Assembly (NCBI RefSeq): GCF_963921235.1
Contig: NC_086097.1
Coordinates: 49,168,001-49,232,000, forward strand
DNA length: 64,000 nt
Source of the DNA: Mobula hypostoma
Lineage: Eukaryota
Direction: 5' to 3'
A program made the translations under genes and the position numbers. Shown in pieces: positions 47,235 through 59,500 of this stretch (positions are counted from its first letter, which is position 1; every line of letters starts with the position of its first letter). The notes under the pieces were generated by a model that was not told the DNA's origin, searched no databases, and saw only the letters and a program-made list of their open reading frames with translations.

Positions 47235-47860
47235 TAGATTATGAGGACACGCAGTCCTCTTTTATGGTCATTTAGTAATGCGTGTATTAAGAAATGATAC
47301 AATATTCCTCCGGTGTGATATCACAGAAACACAGGACAGACCAAGACTGAAAAACTGACAAAAAACACATAATTATAACATATAGTTACAACAGTGCAAG
47401 CAATACCGTAACTTGATGAAGAACAGGCCATTTAGCACAGTAAAAAGTTCAAAGTCTCTCAAAAGTCCCACATCTCACGCAGACGGGAGAAGGAAGAAAA
47501 CTCTCCCTGCCATACCCGACCACAGTCCGACTCTGAGTCGTCCGAAAACTTTGAGCTCCGACCAGCCCTCCGACACCGAGCACCGAGCACCATCTCTGCT
47601 GAACGCATCAACCCCGGCCCCGGCTGCCAGCAGCAGGCAAAGCCAGGGATTTTGTGGCCTTCCCTCCGGAGATTCTCGATCGCACAGTAGCAACGGCAGT
47701 GAACCAGGCATTTCAGAAGTTACTCCAGACGTTCCTCCGTGCTCTCACGGCTGTCTCCATCAAATCAGAATTGTGCATGGCCCCTATTTAACAGATGCGA
47801 TATTATTTCACCAGAGAGGCTACGTGTGCTGCGTCGCGCCGCCATTTTCTCCGCCCGCAA
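47235..47860 (-). mobile_element. Non-autonomous retroposon with a CpG-rich 5' end and LINE-like tail
   Basis: 7-bp flanking repeat agatcat (47228-47234 / 47861-47867); 5' end aaaatggcggcgcgacgc; ATAAAA and a short-repeat tail. Confidence 0.6.
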
Positions 47861-48039
47861 AGATCATCTTTGCTTTACACTGATGCTAAATGTAACTGTT
47901 TAAAGTCCAGGCTTGGGGATGGTGATGTGAGTGAGGTGAGCATTCGGGCAGGTTTTTACCTTTGGACACAGGCTATAGTTACAAATGTAATGCCAGGTTG
48001 CCATTATCACACCATTGAAGGTATTCTACTGGCAATATT

Positions 48040-51000
48040 CTTTCTTTTTAAATCTTTTTATTGAGTAAGTATACAAAAAAGGTAAGCCATATAAACATTA
48101 ATACAATGTTAAAGTATAATAAAATTCCAAAAGATAACAATACCAAAAAGAAAATACTACAAACAATGTAATTTAAGCATAAGAAACCAAGATAACATAA
48201 TAGTATACTAGATTTTATATATATCAATGGAAAAAAAGAAAAAAAAAACCCCAAAAAAAAAAAACCCACCGTGCAACTAACTAAAAGCAAAGCAAAGCAA
48301 TGGGCTAACTTGAAACCAAACAGAGTTAAACTTAAAATCACGTCCTCAATCCCGACCTCCATTAAAACAGTGAAGAGAAAACAAGAAGGGTAAATATTAC
48401 ATTAAATGAAAATATCGAATAAAAGGTCCCCAAATCTGTTCAAATTTAAATGAAGAATCATAAAGGTTACTTCTAATTTTCTCCAGATTCAAACATAAAA
48501 TCGTCTGAGAAAACCAAAAAAAGGTAGTTGGAGCATTAAGCTCTTTCCAATGTTGTAAAATACATCTTTTCGCCATTAAAGTAAGAAATGCAATCATTCT
48601 ACGGGCTGAAGGGGAAAGATTACTAGAAATTTTAGGTAGTCCAAAGATAGCAGTAATAGGGTGAGGAGAGATATCTATATTTAATACCTTAGAAATAATA
48701 TTGAAAATATCTCTCCAAAAAGTTTCCAAAGTAGGGCAAGACCAAAACATATGAGTTAAAGAGGCTATCTGCCCCGAACATCTATCACAGAAAGGATTAA
48801 TATGCGAGTAAAAACGCGCTAACTTATCTTTGGACATATGTGCTCTATGAACCACTTTAAATTGAATTAGGGAATGTTTAGCACAAATAGAGGAAGTATT
48901 AACTAATTGTAAAATCTGCCCCCAATCATCCACAGAAATGGTAAGCCCCAATTCCTGTTCCCAATCTACCCTAATCTTATCAAATGGAGCTTTCCTAAGT
49001 TTCATAATAATATTATAAATCATAGCCGATGCACCTTTCTGACATGGATTAAGGTTAATTATCGAATCTAAAATATATATAGGAGGAAGCATTGGAAAGG
49101 AAGTAAGTATAGTACTTAGGAAATTTCTAACTTGTAAATATCTAAAAAAATGTATTCTTGATAAGTTATATTTATTAGATAATTGTTCAAAAGACATAAG
49201 GGAACCATCTAAAAATAAATCCAAAAACCGTAAAATACCCTTAGTCTTCCAAGTTTGAAAAGCGCGATCCGTAAAAGAGGGAGGAAAAAATATGTTACCT
49301 AAAATAGGAATCGCTAACCCGAATTGATTAAGATCAAAAAATTTTCTGAATTGAAACCAAATGCGCAAAGCATATTTAACTATCGGGTTAGAGACCTGCT
49401 TAAGACGTTTCGAATCAAAAGGAAGAGAGGAACCTAAAATAGAACCAAGTGTATAACCCTGAACAGATTGTAATTCCAATGCTACCCATTTAGGAATAAA
49501 TAGTATGTCCCGGTCAAGTAACCAAAATTTCATATGTCGAATATTAATAGCCCAATAATAAAATCTAAAGTTAGGTAATGCTAAACCTCCATCTCTCTTA
49601 GCTTTCTGTAAATGTATTTTACCCAGTCTCGGATTCTTGTTCTGCCAAATAAATGAAGAAATTTTAGAGTCAACTTTATCAAAAAAAGATTTAGGAACGA
49701 AAATTGGTAATGCCTGAAACACATATAAAAATTTTGGCAAAAAAAACATCTTAACTGCATTAATACGACCAATCAAAGTTAAATATAAGGGAAACCATTT
49801 AGATGAAAGTTGAGTAATATGGTCTATTAATGGTAAAAAGTTAGTCTTAAATAAATCTTTATGTTTACAAGTAATTTTAATCCCAAGATATGAAAAGTAA
49901 TTATTAATCAATTTAAATGGAAATTTATAATATAAGGGAAGATGTTTATTAATCGGAAAAAGTTCACTCTTACTAAGATTTAATTTATAACCTGAGAAAA
50001 GACCAAATTGTGCTAATAACTCTAAAACAGCAGGAATGGATCTCTCAGGATTAGAAATATATAAAAGTAAATCATCAGCATAGAGTGATAATTTATGGGA
50101 CTTTAATCCCCGAGTTATCCCAGTAATATTTAAAGATTCTCGAATAGCAATTGCAAGAGGTTCTAATGCAATATCAAATAATAGGGGACTAAGAGGACAG
50201 CCTTGTCGAGTACCACGAAAGAGAGGAAAAAAAGGTGAGTTTAAGGAGTTAGTACGAACCGAGGCTACAGGGGAGTAATATAACAGTTTAATCCAGGATA
50301 TAAATTTCAAGCTAAAATTAAACATTTCAAGCACCTTAAATAAATAAGGCCATTCTACTCTATCAAAAGCTTTCTCGGCATCTAAAGAAATAACACACTC
50401 AGGAACATTTTGTGAGGGAGTATAAACGATATTTAACAATGTACGAATATTATAAAAAGAGTAACGACCTTTAATAAAACCCGTTTGGTCTTCCGAAATA
50501 ATAGAAGGAAGTACTTTTTCTAGTCTATTTGCTAATAACTTAGAAAAAACTTTAGAATCAACATTTAATAAAGATATTGGTCTATAAGATGCACATTGAG
50601 CAGGGTCTTTATCCTTCTTTAGTATTAAAGAAATTGATGCTCTATTAAAAGATTCCGGAAGTTTACCAAGTTTCAAAGAAGCCTCAAAAACCTTATAGAG
50701 CCAAGGAATCAATAAAGAAGCAAAACATTTATAAAATTCAACGGTAAACCCATCAGGGCCAGGAGCTTTCCCCAGATTCATAGAAAAAATAACATTCTTA
50801 ATCTCATCCATTGTAATGGAAGTATCTAATAAAGAAGACATATCCTGTGAAATCAGAGGGAAGTCTAACTTATCTAAAAAATCATTCATATATTTAGAAT
50901 CTCGAGGAGACTCTGATTGGTATAAAGAAGAATAAAAATCACAAAAGGTTTGATTAATCCCCACATGATCCAATATCAATCGATCATTTTGGTTATAAAT

Positions 51001-52126
51001 CTGATTGATTTGAGATTTAACATAATTAGATTTCAATTGATTAGCCAGCAGCTTGCCAATTTTATCACTGTGAACATAAAAATCACTTCTTGTTTTCTTT
51101 AATTGGTTTACAATCGAGGACGAGAGTAGTAAACTGTGTTCCATTTGAAGTTCAGTTCTTTGTTTGTATAGCTCCTCAGAAGGAGCCATAACATATTTCT
51201 TATCAATTTCTTTAATCTTGTCCACAATTACCATCTCCTCCTGCTTCTGTTTCTTCCTCAAAGCAACGGAATACGAAATAATCTGACCCCGAATATAGGC
51301 TTTAAAAGTGTCCCAAAGAGTGTTAACCGAAATATCTTCTGTATGGTTAATTGTAAAAAAAAGCTCAATCTGTTCATTCATAAAATTAACAAAGTCCGAG
51401 TCCTGAAGCAACAGCGAATTAAAACGCCATTGTCTATTGTTTGGTATATTGGCCATAATTTTAATAGAAAGCTTAAGTGGAGCATGATCCGAAATGGTTA
51501 TAGAATCATAATCACATTTAATCACTGAAGGAATGAGACGAGAATCAATGAAAAAATAATCAATTCTTGAATAGGAATGATGAACATGTGAAAAGAAGGA
51601 AAAATCTTTTTCCTGAGGATGCAGAAAACGCCAAATGTCCGTCGACCCAGAATCAGAAAGGAAAAAATTAATCAAATTTGCAGATTTATTAGGTAAAGTC
51701 CGTAAAGGAGCCGAACGGTCCAAAGCTGGAGATAAACAGGTATTAAGATCTCCGCCCCAAATCAATGAAAACTCGTTCAAATTCGGAAACTGATCAAACA
51801 ATGATTTATAAAATTCCGGACAATCCATATTAGGAGCATAAACATTAACCAAAACTACTTTTTTATTAAATAATAAACCACTAACCAATAAAAATCTACC
51901 ATTCGGATCAGAGATAATATCCTGTTGTATAAAAGTAACTGAGGAGTCTATAAAAATAGAGACGCCTCGAATCTTAGCATTGGAGTTCGAATGAAATTGT
52001 TGTCCCTTCCAAAATTTGAAAAAACGTAGTCTGTCCCCCCTCCGTACATGGGTCTCTTGTAAAAATAAAATTTGTGCTTTAAGTCTCCGGAACACTTTAA
52101 AAACTTTTTTCCTTTTAATAGGATGA
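48040..52126 (-). mobile_element. L1-clade LINE, 5'-truncated at the very start of ORF2, young
   Basis: 15-bp TSD tctactggcaatatt (48025-48039 / 52127-52141). AATAAA at 48057-48062 with an A-rich tail. Uninterrupted ORF2; no ORF1 or 5'UTR. Confidence 0.95.
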
Positions 52127-52200
52127 TCTACTGGCAATATTGTAGCAGCAATAGAAGATAAGGAACCAGAGTTGATCTTTGAGCTCCTTAACCTTGCCAT
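48397..52200 (-). CDS. L1 ORF2-like protein (APE endonuclease + reverse transcriptase + C-terminal Cys/His motif), 1267 aa; N-terminal ~25 aa host-derived
   Basis: LQETH, NVYAP, GGDLN, YSRIDY, SDH (EN); KAPGPDG, DAEKAFD, GTRQGCPLSP, YADD (RT); CDRC..HMFWSC. Confidence 0.9.
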   Translation of the reverse strand: MARLRSSKINSGSLSSIAATILPVDHPIKRKKVFKVFRRLKAQILFLQETHVRRGDRLRFFKFWKGQQFHSNSNAKIRGVSIFIDSSVTFIQQDIISDPNGRFLLVSGLLFNKKVVLVNVYAPNMDCPEFYKSLFDQFPNLNEFSLIWGGDLNTCLSPALDRSAPLRTLPNKSANLINFFLSDSGSTDIWRFLHPQEKDFSFFSHVHHSYSRIDYFFIDSRLIPSVIKCDYDSITISDHAPLKLSIKIMANIPNNRQWRFNSLLLQDSDFVNFMNEQIELFFTINHTEDISVNTLWDTFKAYIRGQIISYSVALRKKQKQEEMVIVDKIKEIDKKYVMAPSEELYKQRTELQMEHSLLLSSSIVNQLKKTRSDFYVHSDKIGKLLANQLKSNYVKSQINQIYNQNDRLILDHVGINQTFCDFYSSLYQSESPRDSKYMNDFLDKLDFPLISQDMSSLLDTSITMDEIKNVIFSMNLGKAPGPDGFTVEFYKCFASLLIPWLYKVFEASLKLGKLPESFNRASISLILKKDKDPAQCASYRPISLLNVDSKVFSKLLANRLEKVLPSIISEDQTGFIKGRYSFYNIRTLLNIVYTPSQNVPECVISLDAEKAFDRVEWPYLFKVLEMFNFSLKFISWIKLLYYSPVASVRTNSLNSPFFPLFRGTRQGCPLSPLLFDIALEPLAIAIRESLNITGITRGLKSHKLSLYADDLLLYISNPERSIPAVLELLAQFGLFSGYKLNLSKSELFPINKHLPLYYKFPFKLINNYFSYLGIKITCKHKDLFKTNFLPLIDHITQLSSKWFPLYLTLIGRINAVKMFFLPKFLYVFQALPIFVPKSFFDKVDSKISSFIWQNKNPRLGKIHLQKAKRDGGLALPNFRFYYWAINIRHMKFWLLDRDILFIPKWVALELQSVQGYTLGSILGSSLPFDSKRLKQVSNPIVKYALRIWFQFRKFFDLNQFGLAIPILGNIFFPPSFTDRAFQTWKTKGILRFLDLFLDGSLMSFEQLSNKYNLSRIHFFRYLQVRNFLSTILTSFPMLPPIYILDSIINLNPCQKGASAMIYNIIMKLRKAPFDKIRVDWEQELGLTISVDDWGQILQLVNTSSICAKHSLIQFKVVHRAHMSKDKLARFYSHINPFCDRCSGQIASLTHMFWSCPTLETFWRDIFNIISKVLNIDISPHPITAIFGLPKISSNLSPSARRMIAFLTLMAKRCILQHWKELNAPTTFFWFSQTILCLNLEKIRSNLYDSSFKFEQIWGPFIRYFHLM

Positions 52201-52884
52201 TCAATATCATTATAGTTAATATTTGCTCCTAGCTCAGTTCCATATTCTTTACTGACCTTGGATAGCTAAAATCTAGTTATTTCAGATTTAAAGTGATTAG
52301 TTGCTCTAGCATTTACCACTTGTTCAGTTTGTATGAGTAAATAATTTCTAAAGAAGTCCTTAAAGTTCACATTTTAAGGTTCTTCATGTGACAAGCATTA
52401 ACATAAAATGTCTCTTCTGCTCTGTCTACCATTTGTTATAAAGTTTAAAAATCTTAACTTTCTGTATTCTGGACAGTATCAGGTCTAGTACATATAATAT
52501 CAATATTGAGTAACCCTTGGAACCCAGGAAAGAGCTGAGGAGATCTGTGCTACCCTCCTTCCAAAGTAAATGTCCTTTTTTAAAGTCCAGGGGCCTGAAT
52601 TGCACACGGTACTCTGTATATGTTCTAACAGGACTTCTCTTTTAGTTGTAAGTGATAGCATTTCACTTGCCTTGTTGATTATTTTATTCCTGACACTTCA
52701 TGTTAATGATTTATATATTTGGACCCTTAAGTCATTTAGGATCTCCATTCTTTCACAGTTAGTAAAATTCTTTGTTGTTCCTTTGGTCTAAAATTGTTGG
52801 ACTTGCATTTCCCTGTGGTGAAATCCAGCAGGCACAGGTTTACTTTATCTGTCAATGTCCCTTTATAATTTAATACTCCTATGC

Positions 52885-53245
52885 ACATTCATAGAGATAC
52901 ACAGCACAGGAATAGGCTCTTTGACCCATCCAGTCCGTGCCCACCATCAGCCCTCCACATGCACTAATCCTGTTTTAATCCCATTTTTATTTTCCACACG
53001 TTCTCAAGTCCCTCCAGGTTCTACCATCCATTCCCTCTATACAAGGGACAATTTTACAGTGGCCAATTGACCTATCAGCCTGTACACCTTTGAGATGCGG
53101 AAGGAAACTGAGACGCCTGGAGGAAATTCATACAGTCATAAGGAGAATGCACAAGCACTATACAAACAGCGCTTGGAGTTCAGAGGGAAAGCAGGACACT
53201 GGCACTGCGAGGCAGTGACTCTACCAGTTGTGTCATTGTGCTGCC
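52885..53245 (-). mobile_element. V-SINE-like element within a degenerate CR1 (about 52440-53760)
   Basis: caattttacagtggccaattgaccta...ggaaactgag...cctggaggaaa, reverse-similar to the 44206 SINE. Confidence 0.6.
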
Positions 53246-55423
53246 TGAAATCCAGTCTTGACACATTCTAACACTCTGTCATAATGATCAAAGTCCCTAG
53301 AATAAAATGAATGTTTGAGATTGTTGTGATGTTCCACTAGTCTCTTTGTTCCAATTCCTTTCCTCCTCCTTTCTGTTTACTACCACCTTGCCAGTCTCTT
53401 AACCAGATTAATTTTTTGTCTTCAATAATTAAGCTTTGATTTTAGTTCAAAGACTCCACATGGATACCTGCTGAATGCCATCGTAAACTATACATGAACT
53501 AAATACATTGTCTCTCTACTACTAGAGTTACTTCCTCAAAGAATTCAATTATATCCATTAGGCATGGCCTATGCTTCACAAATCCACATCTAATCTGTTC
53601 AAATTTACCAAGCACTAAGTAACTCTGTCCTTAATTACAGATTTTGATAACTTTCCCACAACAGATGTTAGACTAAATAATTTATAATCTCCTGGTTTTT
53701 TACCCCCAATTCCATACCATCATGCATTGTACTTGCAATTCCAATTTATCAGACAGCTGAAGGAAAAAAAAAAAAGCTTTGCAAGATGATGGCTGAAGAT
53801 GCACAGTGTTTCTAAAACTGTCATCTCCTAAAGGTACCTTTTTTTGCTTCATTTTTCTACTGCAGCTTTGTAGTTCACATTTATTTTAATGCATTCATAG
53901 GGAGCTCAGATTGTTTTTCAATAACTCAATTGGCTGACATGCTACCAAAAAGCAGAATGTAACCTGCCAGGTCTCCACAAGATGTGAAATTCCTAAAGAC
54001 TGAAAACAACTGAAGTAATAAAATTCTTTAATTTGGTGCAAGTACAACCTCCTGTGCTCCAAAATTATTTGAAAGATTTATTTAAAATATGCTGATTAGA
54101 CGAAATGTGGCTAAATGTTTTGTGCAACAAAATCATCTCAGTAAAATTCTCAGAAAAATACTAATACCAAACTGTAGCACCCCAAAGATTTGATTCGTTG
54201 GATATCCCATATCTGCTTCCACTATGGCTTATACAAAGGCTAGCACAACTGATATCCTATGGTCTGTTCTTCCATTGTAATAAAGCCGCTCCTCTCTGTT
54301 CCTTCTCTCTGACTGACTTTATTCATCAATTGTACCTTTATCTAAGACACACAGTAGGATATTCCAAAGTCTCATGTTTCTGAATTTACAGCCTTTTACC
54401 TACTCGCACAAGGCATTATTCATTATTCCCAACCGTAAAACTATATCACTATCTAGGTCTTTCAAAAGGAAGCTGAGGCACTGATTTTGATTCCTTGTCA
54501 CTTATGGTATTTATGACAACTATAAATACTCAGAAGTTCCTTTTCTGTATGTATAGTATTCAGAACTTGTGATTTTTTTCTGTACAATATAATGAAATGT
54601 GTATAGGTTTTGAGTTTGATTTGAAATGGTCTTTGAAACAGGTGGCCTCCTAATAAAGGATCAGGACCAATTGATTCATTAGAGTATTGATGTTAACTGG
54701 TGGCAGCTGGCATTTTATGCTCTTGGACCAATACCTTGGCATCAGAATCCTGCTGTAATGAGGGAGAGATGTATATGGCAGGAAAAAAATAAGACACACA
54801 CCAGGTATTCTGATTTTAACTAAAGCCTGGATCAAGCACATACAACATGGTGTATGTGAGACAACATCGTTTAATATCACTTTATTTGCTTGGAGCTGAT
54901 TTTTAGCATAATACACTGCACTGGACAGTTCTATTGAAACAGTAATGCTCCTACTCTGAGCAATCAGAGACCACTAAGCTAACAACAGTATAGTTTTGAA
55001 TAGATTTCTTAACTTTATACAAGCAGCAAACTCTTCTGTGATCATTTTGGCCACGAGTTTGCAAAAAAAGTTTCATTTTTATTGGAATTTACTTAATTCA
55101 TTTTTGTCTGCCCACTGGAAAGGTGTCAACATACTCCACCACATACACAAACCACAGTCCATTTGTGGATAGGTGAGAATTTTGACGATACATGCTCAGG
55201 CATAGGCCCCATCTTAATTTTTATGAGCAGAGTAAATAATTATTTTCATGTATTCACTAAAGTGTGAAGTGAATGAGAAAAGCACCTGTTTTGCTTTGCC
55301 TTGCCTTGCCTTATGCCTTACAAGGCGCGAAATGAAAGACTGTGTGGCACGCCACTCCTCCCACAGGCAGTAGGTGGCTGTTGACTCACAAAGAGCTCAT
55401 CTGCCCTTTGACAGGTTTTGTTT

Positions 55424-55658
55424 CTAGTCCTGCTGGGTGCCTACACACCCTCCTCCCTGGTTAGTCGAAGTGCACCGGGGGTGCGCTGGTTGAGTCGCCA
55501 GCAAACCGACCCGAGACAGGTCGTACTGGGCTATGTGGTACCAGTAGCAAGGCAAGGCCCTGACCTGATACCAAATTGCCCGACGCCGGCCCCCTAGGCC
55601 TGAGTAGACGTAGTGGTAGTTTGCATTGCTGTTGAATGCTGAGCCGCCATGCAGTCTG
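55424..55658 (-). CDS. Probable terminal coding exon of an unidentified upstream gene
   Basis: GC- and CpG-rich island in AT-rich, non-repeat DNA. Acceptor ttttcacctattttggaaacag(cag)|, then an open frame RLHGGSAFNSNANYHYVYSGLGGRRRAIWYQVRALPCYWYHIAQYDLSRVGLL...CVGTQQD-TAG, followed by AT-rich sequence with AATAAA (minus strand) near 55080. Confidence 0.55.
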
Positions 55659-56532
55659 CTGTTTCCAAAATAGGTGAAAACCATCATGCTTACATACTAC
55701 ATGAGCTAAGCTAAAGTAATTTTTCAATTTATTAAGGGAAAGAAATATAAGCAAAAGCAACCAATTACAAAATAAAATAATATTGGAATATTTAATATGT
55801 TAATTTAATCCATTTATGAAAGAAAATAGCAAAGTTATTTTCTCAGTGCATTTTAAACTGAGGCATTCTGTTATCAGCATATTATTGTCTCATTCTAATA
55901 AAATTAATGCTCACGTTAATGTCTTAGCAAAAGGCTACACTTCTGTTTGATTCAGGTGTCTTGTAACACATAGAACATTTCATTTGCAAAAGCTATGCAT
56001 TTTTTTTTCATTGTAGGCAAATATTTAAATTGATTTCATATTCCAGACAAACAAAATGATCAGTTAATGGCTTTTGACACAAAGATAGGTTTTGAATCTT
56101 CTGAATATTGATCTTAAGCAACCATTGTGCATTAGCTCACTTCAAAAATATTAGAGGCACTCTCCGAACATAGGAGGATTCATGTGAATGCATGTTTTCT
56201 TTTAGAGATGCAACATTTCATGTACACTGGATTCCAATTAATTGTGACACATCACGACCAGTACATTTTGGCCCAATTAGTTGAAGTTTCATGGAAATAG
56301 TAAAAAAAGACAAACGAAATAACAAATTGTGTATTTAGATGAAATACCAAACAAATTTGAACACTACCAATAATACTGCTGTACTATAAAACTGCATTAG
56401 TTCCTAATACTTATCAAAGGAGGAGGGAATTCATCCACATCACATTATTTTGACTGTAAATGAACAAAATCAGCATAGATACCTCGTGCAGATAATAGAT
56501 AGCCTTCATACAATGCTGTCGATGATTGGACC

Positions 56533-59500
56533 TGTCAGGGCATATTCTGGAGTTAGTATATATAGCAAAATATTAACTTCAGTAACCAATCTTTAGACCT
56601 GAACATGGATTATAGATTAAATTTTAAACGCAACCCTGGACAGTAGTTTCCTGGAGCTGTGGACACCAGTTAACTGAAAACCAGGCAATGCTGACTAACA
56701 TTCATTTTGGGTGCATGGAGTGTTGGTGTGAAGAAGGAGGTGTGAAAATTATATGTAATTCAACAGAAGCATTGTAGGCACGTTGTAACTGCAGAATTGT
56801 CCCTTTGCTCTTCAGCATAGAAAATGTCATGTAATATTGAGTCAAACAGGGCTCATCCTCCAAACGTGTCTCATTTTATTGAATAAAACACTTTTGTAGC
56901 CATTAGCTTCAGTATCTCTCCAGTGATTTTGTTCACATTACAACATTTGGGGGCTCGTCCAGGATAAGTTTGTGACCCATCGTGCGGCCAACGATCTCAG
57001 CAGTCTAAATGGGTGAGTATTTTTAAAATTAGTACAAGTCTCACTTGGATCTATTCGGGTCACTGACTATGGGATCAAAAGGTATCGTGAACATGGCGGA
57101 GAGCTGAACTAGTAGATATAAAAGTGGTGTGGTGTGTGTTTATATAAGAGACTAAACATTTGTGAGTTAGTTTGGTGAGACAGGGCCAGTAGTTGTGAAG
57201 AGTGGTTACTGACAATTCAGGACGTCAGTGGGGTGCACGTATACTTGATCAGAGAACTGTATTTTGGTAGATACGTTTGCAAGCATATGCCTGGAACCTT
57301 GGTGCAACAGTTTTAGATGCAAAGGTATTATAAGTTCAGACACACATAAGTAGCAGATTGCAGAGTACATACTCCGTGGTTTCAAGTGTGTACTGTTTCA
57401 TTTTTATCCATCATTTACATTTTGTGTAGTGTGGGAATTAGTGTGGAGTTATTTGAGGGAGCGGTTATACCCAGATATTTCTGTTGGGATGGCACCTATT
57501 AAGGTTAGGCAATATCAGGTCAAGAACCCTGATTACCCGAGCCAGCCTTTGGCATTGATTATGATCATCCATAAGCTCTTCACCCTCACAGAGTAGCAAA
57601 GCATTTTGTCAGAGTTGCCCTCACTTAAGGCTGCCCACGGGAATGCAGATTTCTGGCAGAAGCTCGAGGAAATGATTGAAATTCACTAGATGCACCCTAA
57701 AGATATGCATGTGTTGGTAAAAGCCAAGCTGCCTGAGGAATATATGGGACAGTAGGGTGCAGGTTGGGACATGGCCAGCTGTCAGGAACTCCAGCAATGA
57801 AAAGTGATATCACTTCTTTAAGGGGGGAGGTGAGAGTAACTGGGGAAGGACAATGTCAGTAGTTCAGAGAGCTGATGAGCCTGCCATGCAGAACGTACAT
57901 AAGTATCAAGCAAATGAGGAGTATTCAGAGTTGGATAATCCAGGGAGGGATGACCCTGCTTCCTAAAAATGCTGAAGGAAGGCCTGAGGTCACCCCTCCA
58001 GGTAATTTTAGCAGTGTGTGCAACCTACTCTGGAATAATATTATGGGCCAGTGAGATAGACCAGAGGAGGGGGGAGACAAGTGGTAAAACAGCTGTAACT
58101 GCTGTGACGATCACAGAGAACTTGCTTTGTGTGCCAGCAGTGGGGACACATAGCAAGGAACTGCTGGAATAGATGTGAGAGGGTAAAGGAGTTGATGTGC
58201 TACAGCAGTGGCTTCTCAGACCATAGTTGGAGGCAGTGTCCTGAAAAGAAAGAAAAGCATGAAAATTACTCACCAAAGCAGGCAGAATTCACAGCAGCAC
58301 CCTCTCTTTCTGATTTGACTGCCAACTAGATTATGGAGTTGGTAAGTTCAGACAAACAGCTGATGACAACCTCGATTGCAAGTGGTGGTACAGATGTACA
58401 CAAGAGGTTTATTAGGGGGCCAGCAATGTGAAATGTTAGTGGACACAGGTTGTCGGTACTGATGACTAATCTACCCTTGCCCTTGACTGAAGAGGAGATT
58501 TACAGTACCGGTGCAGGAGGTGAAATAATGAGGGTGGAGAGAAGTCAGCCCCATGTACTTGAGATTGAGGGAATGCAGTTTCCTGTAGATTTTTGGATGT
58601 ACTCAAACAATGAAGGTACTATCCTGGGGATAGACACACTGAGTGAGGCAGGTGCTATCAGACTCAGGAAAAGGAGAAATAACATGGACAAGACAGGAAA
58701 AGTGAACATGTGTGACCCACAAAGCAGCTAACATGGCCCATAGAGAGACAACAGCCCTAAGCAGGGAAGGAAGATGGGGTGATGTGTGGTAATCATGTCA
58801 GGAGGTCCCAAGGGAGGGGCCAAACACAGTCAGGAGCTGTTAGCAGTAGTGCAACTACCTGAGAAGGTAGCAGTGATTCAAGTAAAAGCTCAGCAGGGTG
58901 GGGATAGTAAAGAGCAGAAAGAGAAGAGGGCAGACATCCGTGTGAGGAGGGCAGCGGAAGAACAGGAAGCAACAGAAATTACAAGTGTACAGGAAGAAAC
59001 TACAACTGCCAATTTAGCAAGATTACATGGAGATGTGAAGGACTACGGTAACCAGGGAAACACATTGAGGGATCGAGCAGAGCAGCAGCAACATATTCTG
59101 GACCAGAGAGAGCTAGAGGGAGAAGAGGTGGTTGTCCCACTGCCAGATGACCGAATCATGGTAATGGAGCTGATTGAAAAGGTTTCCCTCCCAAGTGCAT
59201 AGAACCACAGGTGGTGCTCCAGATAAATGCCCACTTTGTTGGTGCACAATCCTAGCGAGGCAGCCAGTAGAAACACTGGACTCAGGTTAAACCGTATGAC
59301 CCACCTTCTTGTCTCCCTCACAGACAGAGCAAGAGATCAAGTGTAATCCGTAACAGTGTCGTTGCAGAGAACCCAAGTGATAAACACCGGCTGGCTGCAT
59401 CAGACCTGACCACAGCTGATGGACACAGACCCACAGCAAATGCAAAGGCAGAGGACGCGGGAGAGTTCAAAAGAAAGCCGTGAGCAGCATTTTAAAGTAT

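Noticed and set aside
47413..47883. 156-aa Ser/Pro-rich ORF
   Set aside because: By-product of a GC-rich retroposon.
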